The notes beneath the pieces are model-generated. The model saw only the letters and a program-made list of their open reading frames with translations. It searched no databases and had not been told where the DNA came from. Of a DNA stretch of 64,000 bases, positions 39,348 through 49,503 are shown one piece after another. The position numbers and the translations under genes were made by a program. The stretch covers positions 27,288 to 91,287 of the forward strand of contig JBAUYF010000007.1 of the NCBI GenBank assembly GCA_049584655.1, given 5' to 3'. The DNA comes from Thermoplasmata archaeon (GTDB taxonomy: Archaea > Thermoplasmatota > Thermoplasmata > Lutacidiplasmatales > UBA184). Position 1 is the first letter of the stretch; every line of letters starts with the position of its first letter.

Positions 39348-39832
39348 TCGCGGCCCTCCCGAACAAGGTACAGCGCGCCGCTCAAGGCCGCGAGCATGAC
39401 CAGGCCCAGCAGGATGAGCCACGCGCCATTCGCATTGAACAGGTTGGCGGAGAGAAGGGTGGGGTCGTAGGTCTGGATCGACGTCGAGGATTGCGGAAGC
39501 TCGCTCAGTACCGAGCCGACCATGATGACCACGAGCACGGCGAGCGCGACGGGGATCGGGCCGATGCCCGTCGCCGCATCGCGGGAGAAGATCCGTTTAC
39601 GCGTGACCATCACCCCGAAGAGAAGGAGAATCGTGACGGCGCCCGCGTAGACGCCAAGTTGGAGTACTCCGAGGAAAGGCGCCTCGAGGAGGAAGTAGAT
39701 CGCCGAGAGATCGATGAAGAAGAGCGCGACCCAGAGGATGGTGTGCACAAGCTCGCGGACGAGCAGCGCCAAGATGGCCGTGACGACGGCGACGACGCCG
39801 AGCGCGGCGAATGCCACCAGCTCCAGGTTCAC
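39344..39832 (-). CDS. nuoJ: Complex I-like subunit J
   Basis: About 160 aa with 5 TM helices. Likely GTG start adjacent to the nuoI stop. Confidence 0.8.
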   Translation of the reverse strand: MNLELVAFAALGVVAVVTAILALLVRELVHTILWVALFFIDLSAIYFLLEAPFLGVLQLGVYAGAVTILLLFGVMVTRKRIFSRDAATGIGPIPVALAVLVVIMVGSVLSELPQSSTSIQTYDPTLLSANLFNANGAWLILLGLVMLAALSGALYLVREGRE

Positions 39833-40632
39833 GAGTGAGTCCCCCAGAAGAGACACTCCTTGGGGCAGACCGAAATGCACGTACCGCATCGGACGCAGTC
39901 GGAGTCGTTGATGACCGGCTCCTTCCAGATTCGCTTCGTTTGCTTTTCACCGGGCTTCGGCTCCGGCTTCGGGATGTCGAGCATCGTGATGCACTGTGTC
40001 GGGCAGTCCCGCGAGCACGCGTTGCAGCCGATGCAGAGGGGGGGGTCGAGCAGGATGGCGTCCTCGTTGGCCGGACGCTCCAAGCGGATCGGGTTCATGG
40101 GCAGCTTGCGCTCGAAGATCTCGAACATCTTTTGCGGCGTGTAGACCATCTCCGAGCGCCGCGTCACGGAGAGTTCGTACTTCGTGGTCATCGTGAGGCA
40201 GCCCTCGGGGCACGCGTCGGAGCAGAACCCGCAGTAGCTGCATTTTCCGTAGTCGATCTGCGGGCACTTTTTCGGGTGCTTGGGGTCGCCGCCCGGGACC
40301 GAGACCATCTCGATGCAAATGTCCGGACAACTGAAGGCACAGAGGTTGCACGAGATGCAGGTGTTGATGTTCAGGGCGTGCACCCCGCGATAATTGTCCC
40401 ACACCTGCCCGACGCCGAACGGCTTCCCCGAGGCAACGCGCAATTCGTCCCGGAATTTCGGATCTTCGAGCCGCTCGAACGGATAGACGATCGTCGACGG
40501 GCGGATGAGGCTCTTCGCAAACTGCCGGGCGGCGGTGGCCAGCGGTTTGACAACGTAGAGGATCGGGTTGTCGTCGCTCGCCGTTTTCTGGGTGCTGTTG
40601 GTTGCCATGTGCTCCGTTCCTTTAGCCACCAA
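39829..40632 (-). CDS. nuoI: Complex I-like subunit I fused to an additional C-terminal 2x[4Fe-4S] ferredoxin domain
   Basis: Four CxxCxxCxxxCP motifs: CISCNLCAFSCP and CSYCGFCSDACP in the NuoI core, then CIGCNACSRDCP and CVRCGTCISVCP in a C-terminal extension. Canonical NuoI has two. Confidence 0.85.
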   Translation of the reverse strand: MVAKGTEHMATNSTQKTASDDNPILYVVKPLATAARQFAKSLIRPSTIVYPFERLEDPKFRDELRVASGKPFGVGQVWDNYRGVHALNINTCISCNLCAFSCPDICIEMVSVPGGDPKHPKKCPQIDYGKCSYCGFCSDACPEGCLTMTTKYELSVTRRSEMVYTPQKMFEIFERKLPMNPIRLERPANEDAILLDPPLCIGCNACSRDCPTQCITMLDIPKPEPKPGEKQTKRIWKEPVINDSDCVRCGTCISVCPKECLFWGTHS

Positions 40633-41752
40633 TGCTCGGGACGCAACCGAATACGGGTAGGCATTTCACGAGGACTACGACGGCCGCGAGAACGACGCTG
40701 AGGAGGGCCAGTGGGATCATTCGGTTCCACCCCACGCGCAAGAGCTGGTCGGTGCGCACGCGCGGCAACGAGGCCCGGATCCAGACGAAGACGCCAAACA
40801 CGGCGTAGGTTTTGATCATGAACCAGAAGATGCCCGCGAGGGGAAAGTTGGTGAGCGCGCTCGGGACGTACGACGGGAGCGTCCATCCGCCGAGAAACAA
40901 CAGGACGACGAGGATGCTCCCGACGAGGGCGCGGAGGTAATCCGCGAGCATGAAGAACGCGAAGAGCATGCCCCCGTACTCGGTGTTCCAGCCCTCGACA
41001 AGCTCAGCTTCGGCCTCCGGTAGGTCGAAGGGAATGCGTTCCATCTCGGCGAGCATTCCGGCGACGAAGACGATCAGGGCGATGAAGAGGGGTCCCCAGA
41101 ACCAGTAATTCTGTTGTTCGAGCACGATCGTGTTCAGATCGAAGCTCCCGGCAAGCACGATCACGGCGACGACGGCCAGAAGCAGCGGCACCTCGTAGGC
41201 GATCATCTGCGCCGCCGAGCGCATGCCGCCCATGAGCGAGTACTTGTTGTTGCTCGACCACGCACTGATGAAAATGAAGAGGGGAGCGAACGAGAAGATC
41301 GCCAACGCGAGGAGCAAGCTCAGCGGGAGCGCCCCACTGTTCCATCCGGTCGAAATCGGGAGGACGCCAAAGATCACGAGCGACGTGACCATGTAGGCCG
41401 TGGGTCCCGAGAAGAAACCGAGAGCGTCGGCCTCGCGCGGCTTGAACGTCTGCTTATGGAACAACTTGAGCCCGTCCGCAAAATTCTGCAACAGGCCGGC
41501 GTAGCCGACATGCATCGCGCCCCGCCGGTCCATGAAGCGGCCCAAGAGCTTGCGTTCCCACCAGATGAGCAGGATCGTGTTGAGCATGCTGGCGGCGAGC
41601 AGGATCGCGGCAAAGATCAGGACCGCGATCGTGAGAATCAAACCGCTGTTCGTGATCCAGTCGCTGAGTGGGGCCGGGAGCACGGAGCCGAGGGCATGGA
41701 AGAGGGTGTTCGAGAGGAAGAACGCCACCGAAAACAACGAATCAGAGGTCAT
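40622..41752 (-). CDS. nuoH: Complex I-like subunit H
   Basis: 8 TM helices and NuoH/ND1 conserved blocks. Confidence 0.9.
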   Translation of the reverse strand: MTSDSLFSVAFFLSNTLFHALGSVLPAPLSDWITNSGLILTIAVLIFAAILLAASMLNTILLIWWERKLLGRFMDRRGAMHVGYAGLLQNFADGLKLFHKQTFKPREADALGFFSGPTAYMVTSLVIFGVLPISTGWNSGALPLSLLLALAIFSFAPLFIFISAWSSNNKYSLMGGMRSAAQMIAYEVPLLLAVVAVIVLAGSFDLNTIVLEQQNYWFWGPLFIALIVFVAGMLAEMERIPFDLPEAEAELVEGWNTEYGGMLFAFFMLADYLRALVGSILVVLLFLGGWTLPSYVPSALTNFPLAGIFWFMIKTYAVFGVFVWIRASLPRVRTDQLLRVGWNRMIPLALLSVVLAAVVVLVKCLPVFGCVPSIGG

Positions 41753-41768
41753 CGCGCCGGCTCCCTCC

Positions 41769-42914
41769 CTAGCGGTCGGACTCCCCGACGCAGACGTCCA
41801 CGCTGCCCATGATCGGCGGAATGTCCGCGACGCGATAGCCGATCATATACTGCTTGGAGGCGCTCAAGTTCGCAAAGACGGGGGACCGGAATTTCACGCG
41901 ATACGGATGTTCCGCCCCTTCGTTGACCACGTACGCCTGCGCTTCCCCATGCGGCTCTTCGACCGACGAAAAACCGATGCCCTTGGGGTAATTCCTCTTG
42001 AGCAGGTAGCCCTCCTTACCGACGGGGGCGTAGGGGGCACCGAGCCAGCGGGGCAACGGAGACGCCAGTACGGGACCGGGATGTTTCTCGAGCCAAGTTA
42101 GGATCTGGCGAATGATGTTGACGGACTGTCGAAGTTCCTCCATCCGGACAAGGTAGCGGCCCGTCACATCCGCGCTATCGGCCTGGGCGACTTCGAAATT
42201 AACCTGCCCGTAGGCGGAATACGGCCGATCGCGGCGCAGGTCACGGGCGACGCCGGCCGAGCGGAGCATCGGTCCGGTGACTCCGTGCGCGACACAGTCA
42301 TTGGCCTTGAGCACACCGAGACCATCGCACCGCCGGCGAAAGATCGTCGATCCCATGCACAGGCGGTCGTATTCGACGAACCGGTCGTCCAACCAGTCGA
42401 GAACCTTCCGCGCCTGGTCGATGAATCCGTTGGGGAGGTCGTTGCGAACGCCGCCCACGCGCATGTATTCGTAGGTCAATCGACCGCCGGTGTAGCTCTG
42501 GAATAGGTCGAGAACCAAGTCGCGGTCTCGCATCCCATAGAGGAACGGGCTCATCAGCCCCAGGTCCTGCACGAACGCCGCGTACCACATCAGATGCGAC
42601 GCGATGCGTTGGAATTCATCGGACATCGTCCGAATGAACTCGGCCCGTTCCGGCGGATCGATATGGAGCGACTTTTCGGCCGCCAGAATATAGAGATGCT
42701 CCCAGGCCATGCCGGCAACGTAGCAGCAACGGTCCATCAGCGTGATGACCTCGTTATAATGGCGGTCCTCGCTGATCTTTTCGATCCCGCGATGCAAGTA
42801 GCCCATTTCCGGGTCCACGTCGAGAATGATCTCGCCATCGATCTTGACCCGAAGGTTCCAGAGACCATGGGTCATGGGGTGCTGAGGCCCCATATTGATC
42901 CACATTTCAGACAT
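41769..42914 (-). CDS. nuoD: Complex I-like subunit D (NiFe-hydrogenase large-subunit-like)
   Basis: Likely start MSEMWINMGPQHP. Conserved NuoD blocks throughout. Confidence 0.9.
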   Translation of the reverse strand: MSEMWINMGPQHPMTHGLWNLRVKIDGEIILDVDPEMGYLHRGIEKISEDRHYNEVITLMDRCCYVAGMAWEHLYILAAEKSLHIDPPERAEFIRTMSDEFQRIASHLMWYAAFVQDLGLMSPFLYGMRDRDLVLDLFQSYTGGRLTYEYMRVGGVRNDLPNGFIDQARKVLDWLDDRFVEYDRLCMGSTIFRRRCDGLGVLKANDCVAHGVTGPMLRSAGVARDLRRDRPYSAYGQVNFEVAQADSADVTGRYLVRMEELRQSVNIIRQILTWLEKHPGPVLASPLPRWLGAPYAPVGKEGYLLKRNYPKGIGFSSVEEPHGEAQAYVVNEGAEHPYRVKFRSPVFANLSASKQYMIGYRVADIPPIMGSVDVCVGESDR

Positions 42915-43383
42915 GGCGCGTCTTGACCTCCAACTCCTCGGGCTCGTGAAGTTTAAACGACCGAAGCAGCGGATGGAATTGGTATCCATCCGGCATCAGT
43001 AAATGGCGGAGGTCGGGGTGATGGTCGAAGGTGATGTCGACCATTTCCCAGGCCTCCCGCTCATGCCAATTGGCGGACGGCCAGACCGGCGTCGCGCTTT
43101 CGATGTGGGGGTTGTCGGCCGGGAGATCAGAGGAGAGAAGCAGGTATTGCTTTTCCACGTCGGACCACAGAACGTAGAACGCCTCGCGGTGGTCGACCCA
43201 GTCGATTCCACCGACCATCGACAAATGGCGGAAGCCGAGCTGATCGCGTAAGGCGCGGAACACGTCGAGCGCACCTTCCCTGCGAAATCGAACGCGCCCA
43301 ACAAATCCTTCGAACGGCTCGACCCCGAGGAGGCGGTCTCCCACGATGGGAGTCAACCGTCCCGCCACGTCGTCTGGCTGCAT
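42907..43383 (-). CDS. nuoC: Complex I-like subunit C
   Basis: 158 aa. NuoC/30-kDa-subunit fold. Confidence 0.85.
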   Translation of the reverse strand: MQPDDVAGRLTPIVGDRLLGVEPFEGFVGRVRFRREGALDVFRALRDQLGFRHLSMVGGIDWVDHREAFYVLWSDVEKQYLLLSSDLPADNPHIESATPVWPSANWHEREAWEMVDITFDHHPDLRHLLMPDGYQFHPLLRSFKLHEPEELEVKTRHV

Positions 43384-43421
43384 CTCTCGCTTCCTGGTGT
43401 CTTCGGTTCAGCGCGGAGGGG

Positions 43422-44039
43422 TTACTCCTTCCGTTCGCGGATGAGTTCTTCGAGCACCAAGATCCCGTCCAGCATTGCCTCCGGACGGGGCGGGCAACCC
43501 GCAATGTAAACGTCGACGGGAATCAGTTTGTCTACGCCCGGAACCACCGAATAGGCGGTGCGGAACGGTCCGCCGCCGGTCGCGCAGTTCCCCATCGCGA
43601 TGGCCCACTTCGGCTCCGGCATCTGTTCGTACAGCGTGATCAGCTTGTGGGCGACCTTCCACGTCACGGTGCCGTTAACGATGAGCAGGTCGCACTGTCG
43701 CGGCGAGGAGCGGGGCACCACCCCGAACCGCTCTGCGTCCCATCGCGCCCCGAACGCCGAGGCGAATTCGATCGCGCAGCACGCGAGTCCCCAGTGCAAG
43801 GGGAAGAGGGAATTCCGCCCGGCCCAATTGAATACCGGCCGTACGACCTTGTCATGGGCTTGCTCGGCCAGCAAGGAGGTCAAGGCTTCCTTCGCCGCCG
43901 GGACGAACTCTCGGGCGCGGAGCGTTTCGATCTCCACGAAAGGAACGGCGGGCGCACTCGCCATGGGAAGTTCGTCCGAAGGGGCGGGAGGAGTCGCTAA
44001 CTTGGAGGCAGGGGAAGGAGCTGGGTTGCTGCTGCTCAT
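43422..44039 (-). CDS. nuoB: Complex I-like subunit B (N2 cluster-binding)
   Basis: The CCxxE..GxCxxxGG..C..GCPP cysteine pattern is present ([24 protein letters not shown]). Start MSSSNPAPS overlaps the nuoA stop (ATGA). Has an N-terminal Pro/Ala-rich extension. Confidence 0.9.
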   Translation of the reverse strand: MSSSNPAPSPASKLATPPAPSDELPMASAPAVPFVEIETLRAREFVPAAKEALTSLLAEQAHDKVVRPVFNWAGRNSLFPLHWGLACCAIEFASAFGARWDAERFGVVPRSSPRQCDLLIVNGTVTWKVAHKLITLYEQMPEPKWAIAMGNCATGGGPFRTAYSVVPGVDKLIPVDVYIAGCPPRPEAMLDGILVLEELIRERKE

Positions 44040-44401
44040 ACCACCCACCGCTTTTCCCCGGACAGCGCGTAGTAGATTCCCGCGATGACGAGCGCCGCGA
44101 ACGCGAAGGCGATGAAGACCGGGTACCAACTGCTGTTGATGCCGCGGAAGGTGAGACCCCAGAGGGCGAGGATGAATCCGATCACATCGACGGCGACAAA
44201 CACGATCGCGAACGTATAGTGCTGCGTGGGGAAATCGATCTGCGCCTCTCCCTCGGCCTCCTCCCCGCACTCATAGGTCGTCAGTTGCAGGTACGACTTA
44301 CGACCCCGCGCGCTCAGTAGGTGGTTCGCCGTGATCGACCCCACGCCGAAAATCGCGGCGACTAATGCGAATACCAGGAACGTGGTGACCCCGGCGTCCA
44401 T
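44036..44401 (-). CDS. nuoA: Complex I-like subunit A
   Basis: 121 aa with 3 TM helices. First gene of the operon. Confidence 0.85.
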   Translation of the reverse strand: MDAGVTTFLVFALVAAIFGVGSITANHLLSARGRKSYLQLTTYECGEEAEGEAQIDFPTQHYTFAIVFVAVDVIGFILALWGLTFRGINSSWYPVFIAFAFAALVIAGIYYALSGEKRWVV

Positions 44402-44674
44402 CCTATTCCTCCTTCCGGTAGCTCAGACGATATTCTGACCCTTTGAGCGTATTTAAGCGATGCCCGCAGTCGGCGGAGAACGACTCGAACTTCGAGGACT
44501 CCATGGGCTCAATTGCCCGGCCGTCGGTCTGGATAGCTCACGTTGAACCTGCTACGTGGCGGGCCAGTTGACTCTCGGAATTCGCGGTGAACCGCTCCTC
44601 GGGAGCGGCGCCCTGAGACTCAATACCTCGGATTGGGAATGTTGCGCGGCCGCTGAAAGGCCCCGACGCCGCCG

Positions 44675-45463
44675 CTAAGGATGGAAGTTCGGTTTTCGTT
44701 TCTCTTGGAACGCGCGAATGCCTTCCGGAAGCTCTCGACCCTGGGCCGCCTCCACCATCCCGCGGCGCTCCAGCATCATCTGAGATTCCAGGCTCTCGGA
44801 AAAAGCGGAGACCATCAGTCGCTTCATCCACCCCCAAGCGAACGTCGGTCCATCGGCGAGCTCTTGCGCCCGTTCCAGCGCCCGGGACGCCAATCGCTCG
44901 GCTGATACTATCTCATGGATCAACCCAAGCTCCCGCGCTCGCTCAGCCGAAATTCGTCCGTTAGAGAACAGGATCTCCTGGGCCAATCCGATCCCGAGGT
45001 AGTGGGGCAGGAAATAGGTCAATCCCCCGTCCGGCACGGCTCCTAGTCCGGGGAATGCGGGTACCATGACGGTCGACTCCGTCCCGATTCTCCAGTCCGC
45101 CGCGAGTGCCAGGGAGAGACCGCCTCCGGCGGCCACTCCAGGGAGCGCGGCCAGGACAGGCTTGTGCATTCCCACGATCTCTCGAATCGCGAGCTCTTGC
45201 TCGCCCGTGAGCTCGTGGAACAGCTCGGCCAGGCGACCCTGGCCCAAGTGCTCGTGCATTGTGGCGACGTCTCCCCCGGCACAAAATGCCTTCCCGGCCC
45301 CGGTCAAGAGGACAGCTCGAGCGGTGGAATCCATCGAGGCTCGCTGGAGCGCTTGGCGAAGTTCCCTCATCGAGGGTACGTCCAGCGCATTCAATCGTTC
45401 AGGCCGGTTGATGCAGATCCGAAGGACAGCGCCCCGATGCTCGACTTCGACCGAACCGTTCAT
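44675..45463 (-). CDS. Enoyl-CoA hydratase/isomerase (crotonase) family protein
   Basis: Crotonase-fold oxyanion-hole segments (LTGAGKAFCAGGD, AALPGVAAGGGLSLALA). Confidence 0.85.
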   Translation of the reverse strand: MNGSVEVEHRGAVLRICINRPERLNALDVPSMRELRQALQRASMDSTARAVLLTGAGKAFCAGGDVATMHEHLGQGRLAELFHELTGEQELAIREIVGMHKPVLAALPGVAAGGGLSLALAADWRIGTESTVMVPAFPGLGAVPDGGLTYFLPHYLGIGLAQEILFSNGRISAERARELGLIHEIVSAERLASRALERAQELADGPTFAWGWMKRLMVSAFSESLESQMMLERRGMVEAAQGRELPEGIRAFQEKRKPNFHP

Positions 45464-45509
45464 GGCGCGTCTCTAAGCTCGAACTTCGATAGAGCTCGAT
45501 AGGTTCCGC

Positions 45510-46763
45510 CTACCCAGTCGAACCGGAAGTCGGTGGGGGTTTCTTGCGGGGGTCCTGGCTTCCGGGCGCCGGAGAACTTACGATTGGGTTGCGGGTGACG
45601 CCCACCGTTCCTTCCGGCGGGGGCGCGAACTCATCCGGGTTGGGAAGCTGAGGCCCGGGAGATGCCGCTTTGGCCCCGCGTCCGGCCGTTCCGTAGGGGG
45701 ATACGATCGAGGCGGACTCGGCCGACTCGGCTTTGATCTCGTCCTCGATGCTCTTGATCTCGGTGAGCAGTTCCTCTTGCTGCGGGATCGGGCCAAGAAC
45801 GTTGTCCATCGAACCGATCTGCCTCTCCAGGTCCTCGAGGGAGTTCAGCGGCCGATCCGGTACCGTGCGCGAGGTTCCCAGGTACTCGGAGGCGCCTTCC
45901 ATCAAGCGTGAAAACTCGAAGGGGAAGAGAATCTTCGTGGCCTGTCCGTTCCCTACGGCGGTAACGGTGTCCAGCGAAAGCACTGTCAAGGCCTTGGCGT
46001 CCAACGTGCTCGCGCCGAGTGCGAGGATTCGGAGGCGCTGGGCTTCTCCTTGCGCCTGAAGGATCGTGGCAACCCGAGCCCCCTCGGCTTCCAGGATCTG
46101 AGACTGTCGAACTCCTTCGGCTTGCAGGATTCGGGACCGCTTCTGCCCTTCGGACACGAGAATCGCGCTTCGCTTCTCTCCGTCCGCTCGGAGCACGGCG
46201 GCGCGACGTTGACGTTCGGCGGAGGTTTGCTCCTCCATCGCCGTCTTGACCGGTCCAACGGGATCCACTTCCTTGATCTCGACCGCTTCGACGCGAACGC
46301 CCCAGCGGTCCGTGGCTTCATCCAGAATATCGCGGAGTCGGGTGTTGATCCTCTCGCGGTTGTACAGAATCTCGTCCAGTTCCATATCGCCGATGATCGA
46401 CCGCAGCGTCGTTTGGGCGAGGGCTACCGTGGCGACGTGGAAGTCCTGGACCTGGAAGATCGCTTTCGGTGCATCGACGACTTTGATGTAAATGATCGCG
46501 TCGACATTCGTGGGAGAGTTGTCCTTGGTGATGACCTCTTGGCGAGGAACTTCCAGCACCTGCGTACGTAGATCGATCTTGAGTACGACCGACAGCGGAC
46601 TGACGATATTGAACCCCGGGTTGATCATCCGCTTGTACGACCCCAAGAGGGTGACAATCCCCTGCTGGTAGGGGTTGATCGTGTAAATCATCCGGCTCAG
46701 GAGCACGAGGATGACAATCACCACGACGATCGCGATGAAGATGATAGTCGTGTAATCGGCCAC
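45510..46763 (-). CDS. SPFH/band-7 (stomatin-like) membrane protein
   Basis: N-terminal TM helix, an SPFH domain (..QEVITKDNSPTNVDAIIYIKV..) and a coiled-coil region. Has a long Pro-rich C-terminal tail. Confidence 0.85.
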   Translation of the reverse strand: MADYTTIIFIAIVVVIVILVLLSRMIYTINPYQQGIVTLLGSYKRMINPGFNIVSPLSVVLKIDLRTQVLEVPRQEVITKDNSPTNVDAIIYIKVVDAPKAIFQVQDFHVATVALAQTTLRSIIGDMELDEILYNRERINTRLRDILDEATDRWGVRVEAVEIKEVDPVGPVKTAMEEQTSAERQRRAAVLRADGEKRSAILVSEGQKRSRILQAEGVRQSQILEAEGARVATILQAQGEAQRLRILALGASTLDAKALTVLSLDTVTAVGNGQATKILFPFEFSRLMEGASEYLGTSRTVPDRPLNSLEDLERQIGSMDNVLGPIPQQEELLTEIKSIEDEIKAESAESASIVSPYGTAGRGAKAASPGPQLPNPDEFAPPPEGTVGVTRNPIVSSPAPGSQDPRKKPPPTSGSTG

Positions 46764-46840
46764 GTCCGCCTCGTCCTAAGTTAGGTTCCCTGGAAGACCG
46801 AAAGGGGTGTAACCTTTCCCCCTGTGCGCACCCATTGAAA

Positions 46841-47311
46841 TCATGGGGGAGTCGGAGGAGCCTCGATCGGGGTTACCGTCAGGGAAACTCCTTCTCCCTT
46901 GACAACGCGCACATGGGTCCCCACCGGAATAGGAAAGTTCGCCCGCGCAGACCAGATTTCCGAGTTGACCCGTACTTTTCCGCGCAGCGTATCTGGGACG
47001 ATCGGGACAATCACGATGGCCTCCTGGCCGGCCAATCCTGCGGAAGTCGTGCTGATCGGCCAGTGGGTGGGGGCAACGTAGCGGTAGTACGGGATCTCGC
47101 AGAGCGCGGCCACTAAGGCGGCCACGATGACCACGACTGGCCCGCCATAGCTATCTAACAAAAAGCTCGGCACGAAAATGTAGAGAAGACCGGCAGCCAG
47201 GAGCACAGAAGCAGGGATGAACAGAAGCGCGCCCGGATGCACCAGTTCAAACAAGAAGAGGGCGGCCCCGGCAGCGACCAACGCGATCCCGATGGTTTCG
47301 TAGATTGCCAT
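46841..47311 (-). CDS. NfeD-family short-form protein (stomatin operon partner)
   Basis: Two or three TM helices followed by a C-terminal OB-fold beta-barrel domain (GKVRVNSEIWSARA..VRVVKGEG). Confidence 0.75.
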   Translation of the reverse strand: MAIYETIGIALVAAGAALFLFELVHPGALLFIPASVLLAAGLLYIFVPSFLLDSYGGPVVVIVAALVAALCEIPYYRYVAPTHWPISTTSAGLAGQEAIVIVPIVPDTLRGKVRVNSEIWSARANFPIPVGTHVRVVKGEGVSLTVTPIEAPPTPP

Positions 47312-47411
47312 ATCGGTGCCCGGGGAGAGGGATGGTGTCCTTAAGGGCTTGACTCCGCGACCTTCCTATCTTCCGAACTCGACCCGATGGGTCGTCGCGC
47401 GCGAGGCGTTC

Positions 47412-48089
47412 TCAACGGATGTACGTGGAAGTGGTGGCCAGGTCGAAGTTGGTCACGACTTTGAGCCGGCGTCCATCGCCGCCCGCGGAGTACTGCAAGA
47501 AGGGGTACATGCGCCAGAGATCGCCTTCCGCCATTCGGGTGGCGGGATGATCGGCGCCAAAGGCGGAGCGGGTCACATGCGCGGTCACGCGTCGCACCCC
47601 GGCTTCGTCCAGATAACCAAGAGAGTGTAGATACTCATGGGCCAGAATCACATAGACGAACGAATTGAACTCGAGAGGCGAGGTGGCGTGCTCGCGCATC
47701 GCCTGGACCAATCCTTCATTCATCACGATCAAATTCCCCGTGATCTGCCAATACGCTCCGAGGCCCGGAGGCAGGTTCGACAGCCCAAGTCCGAGGCCTG
47801 GCCGCTCGCGCCCCAGTACGTGTTGGACGGCGGCCCGGACGACCTTGAACACGCCGTTGTAGTCCGCCTGCCCGTCCAATCCGTGAAGCATTCGAAATGG
47901 ACGCTCGGCGGCCGCTGGCGGAGGCGGGGCGACGGTCGAGGGTCGGTCCCGGCCCCGGGGACCCTCCGAAAGTGAAAACGGAATCCTCGTCATCATGTGT
48001 ACACCGGCATTCCCCCACTTATAGGGGACCTTACGGACAAGAAACCTAGGTACTCCATCGGTCGCTGGCTCGGTGCGGTCCGACATCAT
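47412..48089 (-). CDS. Putative zinc metallopeptidase-like protein (HExxH motif)
   Basis: VILAHEYLHSLGY contains HExxH. It lies upstream of, and is co-oriented with, the NfeD-stomatin pair. The start is uncertain; the ORF N-terminus may be over-extended. Confidence 0.5.
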   Translation of the reverse strand: MMSDRTEPATDGVPRFLVRKVPYKWGNAGVHMMTRIPFSLSEGPRGRDRPSTVAPPPPAAAERPFRMLHGLDGQADYNGVFKVVRAAVQHVLGRERPGLGLGLSNLPPGLGAYWQITGNLIVMNEGLVQAMREHATSPLEFNSFVYVILAHEYLHSLGYLDEAGVRRVTAHVTRSAFGADHPATRMAEGDLWRMYPFLQYSAGGDGRRLKVVTNFDLATTSTYIR

Positions 48090-48138
48090 TCGGACGCCTC
48101 CGGCAACCTATTTGCTTGGGGACGGTCGGTCCGGTGCA

Positions 48139-48927
48139 ATGCCCCGGCCGGAAGAGATACTGTATCCGACTACGAAGGAGCGTTTTGAAGACCGGCGCAA
48201 TGAGGGAGAGCAGCGGCGACTTCGAGGCGAGTTCTTCGACCACTCGACCCTCCTCGCCGTCTCGCGGCTCGTAACACAAGGTCAGTTCGATGCGCTGGAC
48301 TATCCGATCGCTACGGGCAAGGAGGGGGGGGTCTTCCGCGCCACCAGCGGAGAGACGTTCCGGGCAGTGAAGGTGTATCGGATCGGGAACTCGATCTTTC
48401 GACGTTTGCCCCCGTATGCGATCGAAGAGCTCCGCAAGGAAGCCAGCGACCGCAATTTCGCCGGCTTAGTGTTCGCATGGACTCGGCGGGAGCACACCAT
48501 TTTGCGAAGACTATACGCGGCCGGAGTCCGGGTGCCTCAGCCGTATGGGTACCGTCGAAACGTCCTCGTGATGGATTTCATCGGGACCGAAGGAATCGCG
48601 GCGCCTCGGCTGAAGGAATCCGTGGTCTCGGATCCAGCCCAGCTGTATGAAGACCTCGTCACCCAGGTCCGCCGAATGGTCGTCGACGCACATCTCGTCC
48701 ATGGCGACCTGTCACCGTACAACATTCTTCTGGCGCAGGATCTTCCCGTCTTGATCGACGTGGCACAGTCCATCTCGAGCCTGCACCCGCAAGCGAAGAC
48801 CTTGCTGGCGCGCGACATTGCCAATTTCGCGAAGTACTTCCGACGGTTGGGCTTGAAGTCGGACGCGCGGGAGATGTTCCAGTCGGTGGGGGGAGATACG
48901 GTGTCCCTCCCGCGAGGTACGACCTGA
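48139..48927 (+). CDS. rio1: RIO1-type serine/threonine protein kinase
   Basis: ATGKEGGVFRA P-loop-like region, catalytic loop LVHGDLSPYNILL and metal-binding IDVAQS. The supplied ORF starts at 48073. Confidence 0.85.
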   Translation: MPRPEEILYPTTKERFEDRRNEGEQRRLRGEFFDHSTLLAVSRLVTQGQFDALDYPIATGKEGGVFRATSGETFRAVKVYRIGNSIFRRLPPYAIEELRKEASDRNFAGLVFAWTRREHTILRRLYAAGVRVPQPYGYRRNVLVMDFIGTEGIAAPRLKESVVSDPAQLYEDLVTQVRRMVVDAHLVHGDLSPYNILLAQDLPVLIDVAQSISSLHPQAKTLLARDIANFAKYFRRLGLKSDAREMFQSVGGDTVSLPRGTT

Positions 48928-48929
48928 CG

Positions 48930-49499
48930 ATGCCCGTCCTCCATGTTCGGGTGCCGGAAGACCGGATCGCTGTTCTCATCGGGACCGGAGGGAAGACCAA
49001 GCAGGAGATTGCGGCCAAGACGCACACCGAACTGCAGATCGATCCCGAAGACGGCCAGGTACAGGTCTCCTCGCCCGATACGGATCCCATCGCCGCGCTC
49101 ACCGCGCGGGATATCGTCCTCGCGGTAGGCCGAGGATTCTCGCCGGAGCGGGCGATGCGGCTGTTGAAGGACGACACGTACCTGGGCGTGATCGATATCA
49201 AGCAGGTGACGGGCAAGCACGAAAAGGACGCGCTTCGCCGCATCCGCAGCCGTGTGATTGGAGTCCGGGGCCGTGCGCGCACCCGCATCGAAGAGCTTTC
49301 GGGCTGCTCGGTCAGCGTCTATGGTACCACTGTCGCCCTGATCGGCCAAGAGCGCCAGCTCGAACGAGGATCGCACGCAGTCGAACTGCTGATCCGGGGA
49401 AGCGAGCACTCTACCGTCTTCCACATGCTCGCGCGCAATCGCCGAGACGACGCGCTCGAGACGGCGACTCTACCGGCCGAACTGGACGACGTGGAGTGA
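48930..49499 (+). CDS. KH-domain RNA-binding protein (archaeal Dim2/Pno1-like), conserved partner of RIO1
   Basis: Two KH modules (IAVLIGTGGKTKQEIAAKT; VIGVRGRARTRIEELSGC with GxxG loops). Confidence 0.8.
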   Translation: MPVLHVRVPEDRIAVLIGTGGKTKQEIAAKTHTELQIDPEDGQVQVSSPDTDPIAALTARDIVLAVGRGFSPERAMRLLKDDTYLGVIDIKQVTGKHEKDALRRIRSRVIGVRGRARTRIEELSGCSVSVYGTTVALIGQERQLERGSHAVELLIRGSEHSTVFHMLARNRRDDALETATLPAELDDVE

Positions 49500-49503
49500 G
49501 TCC

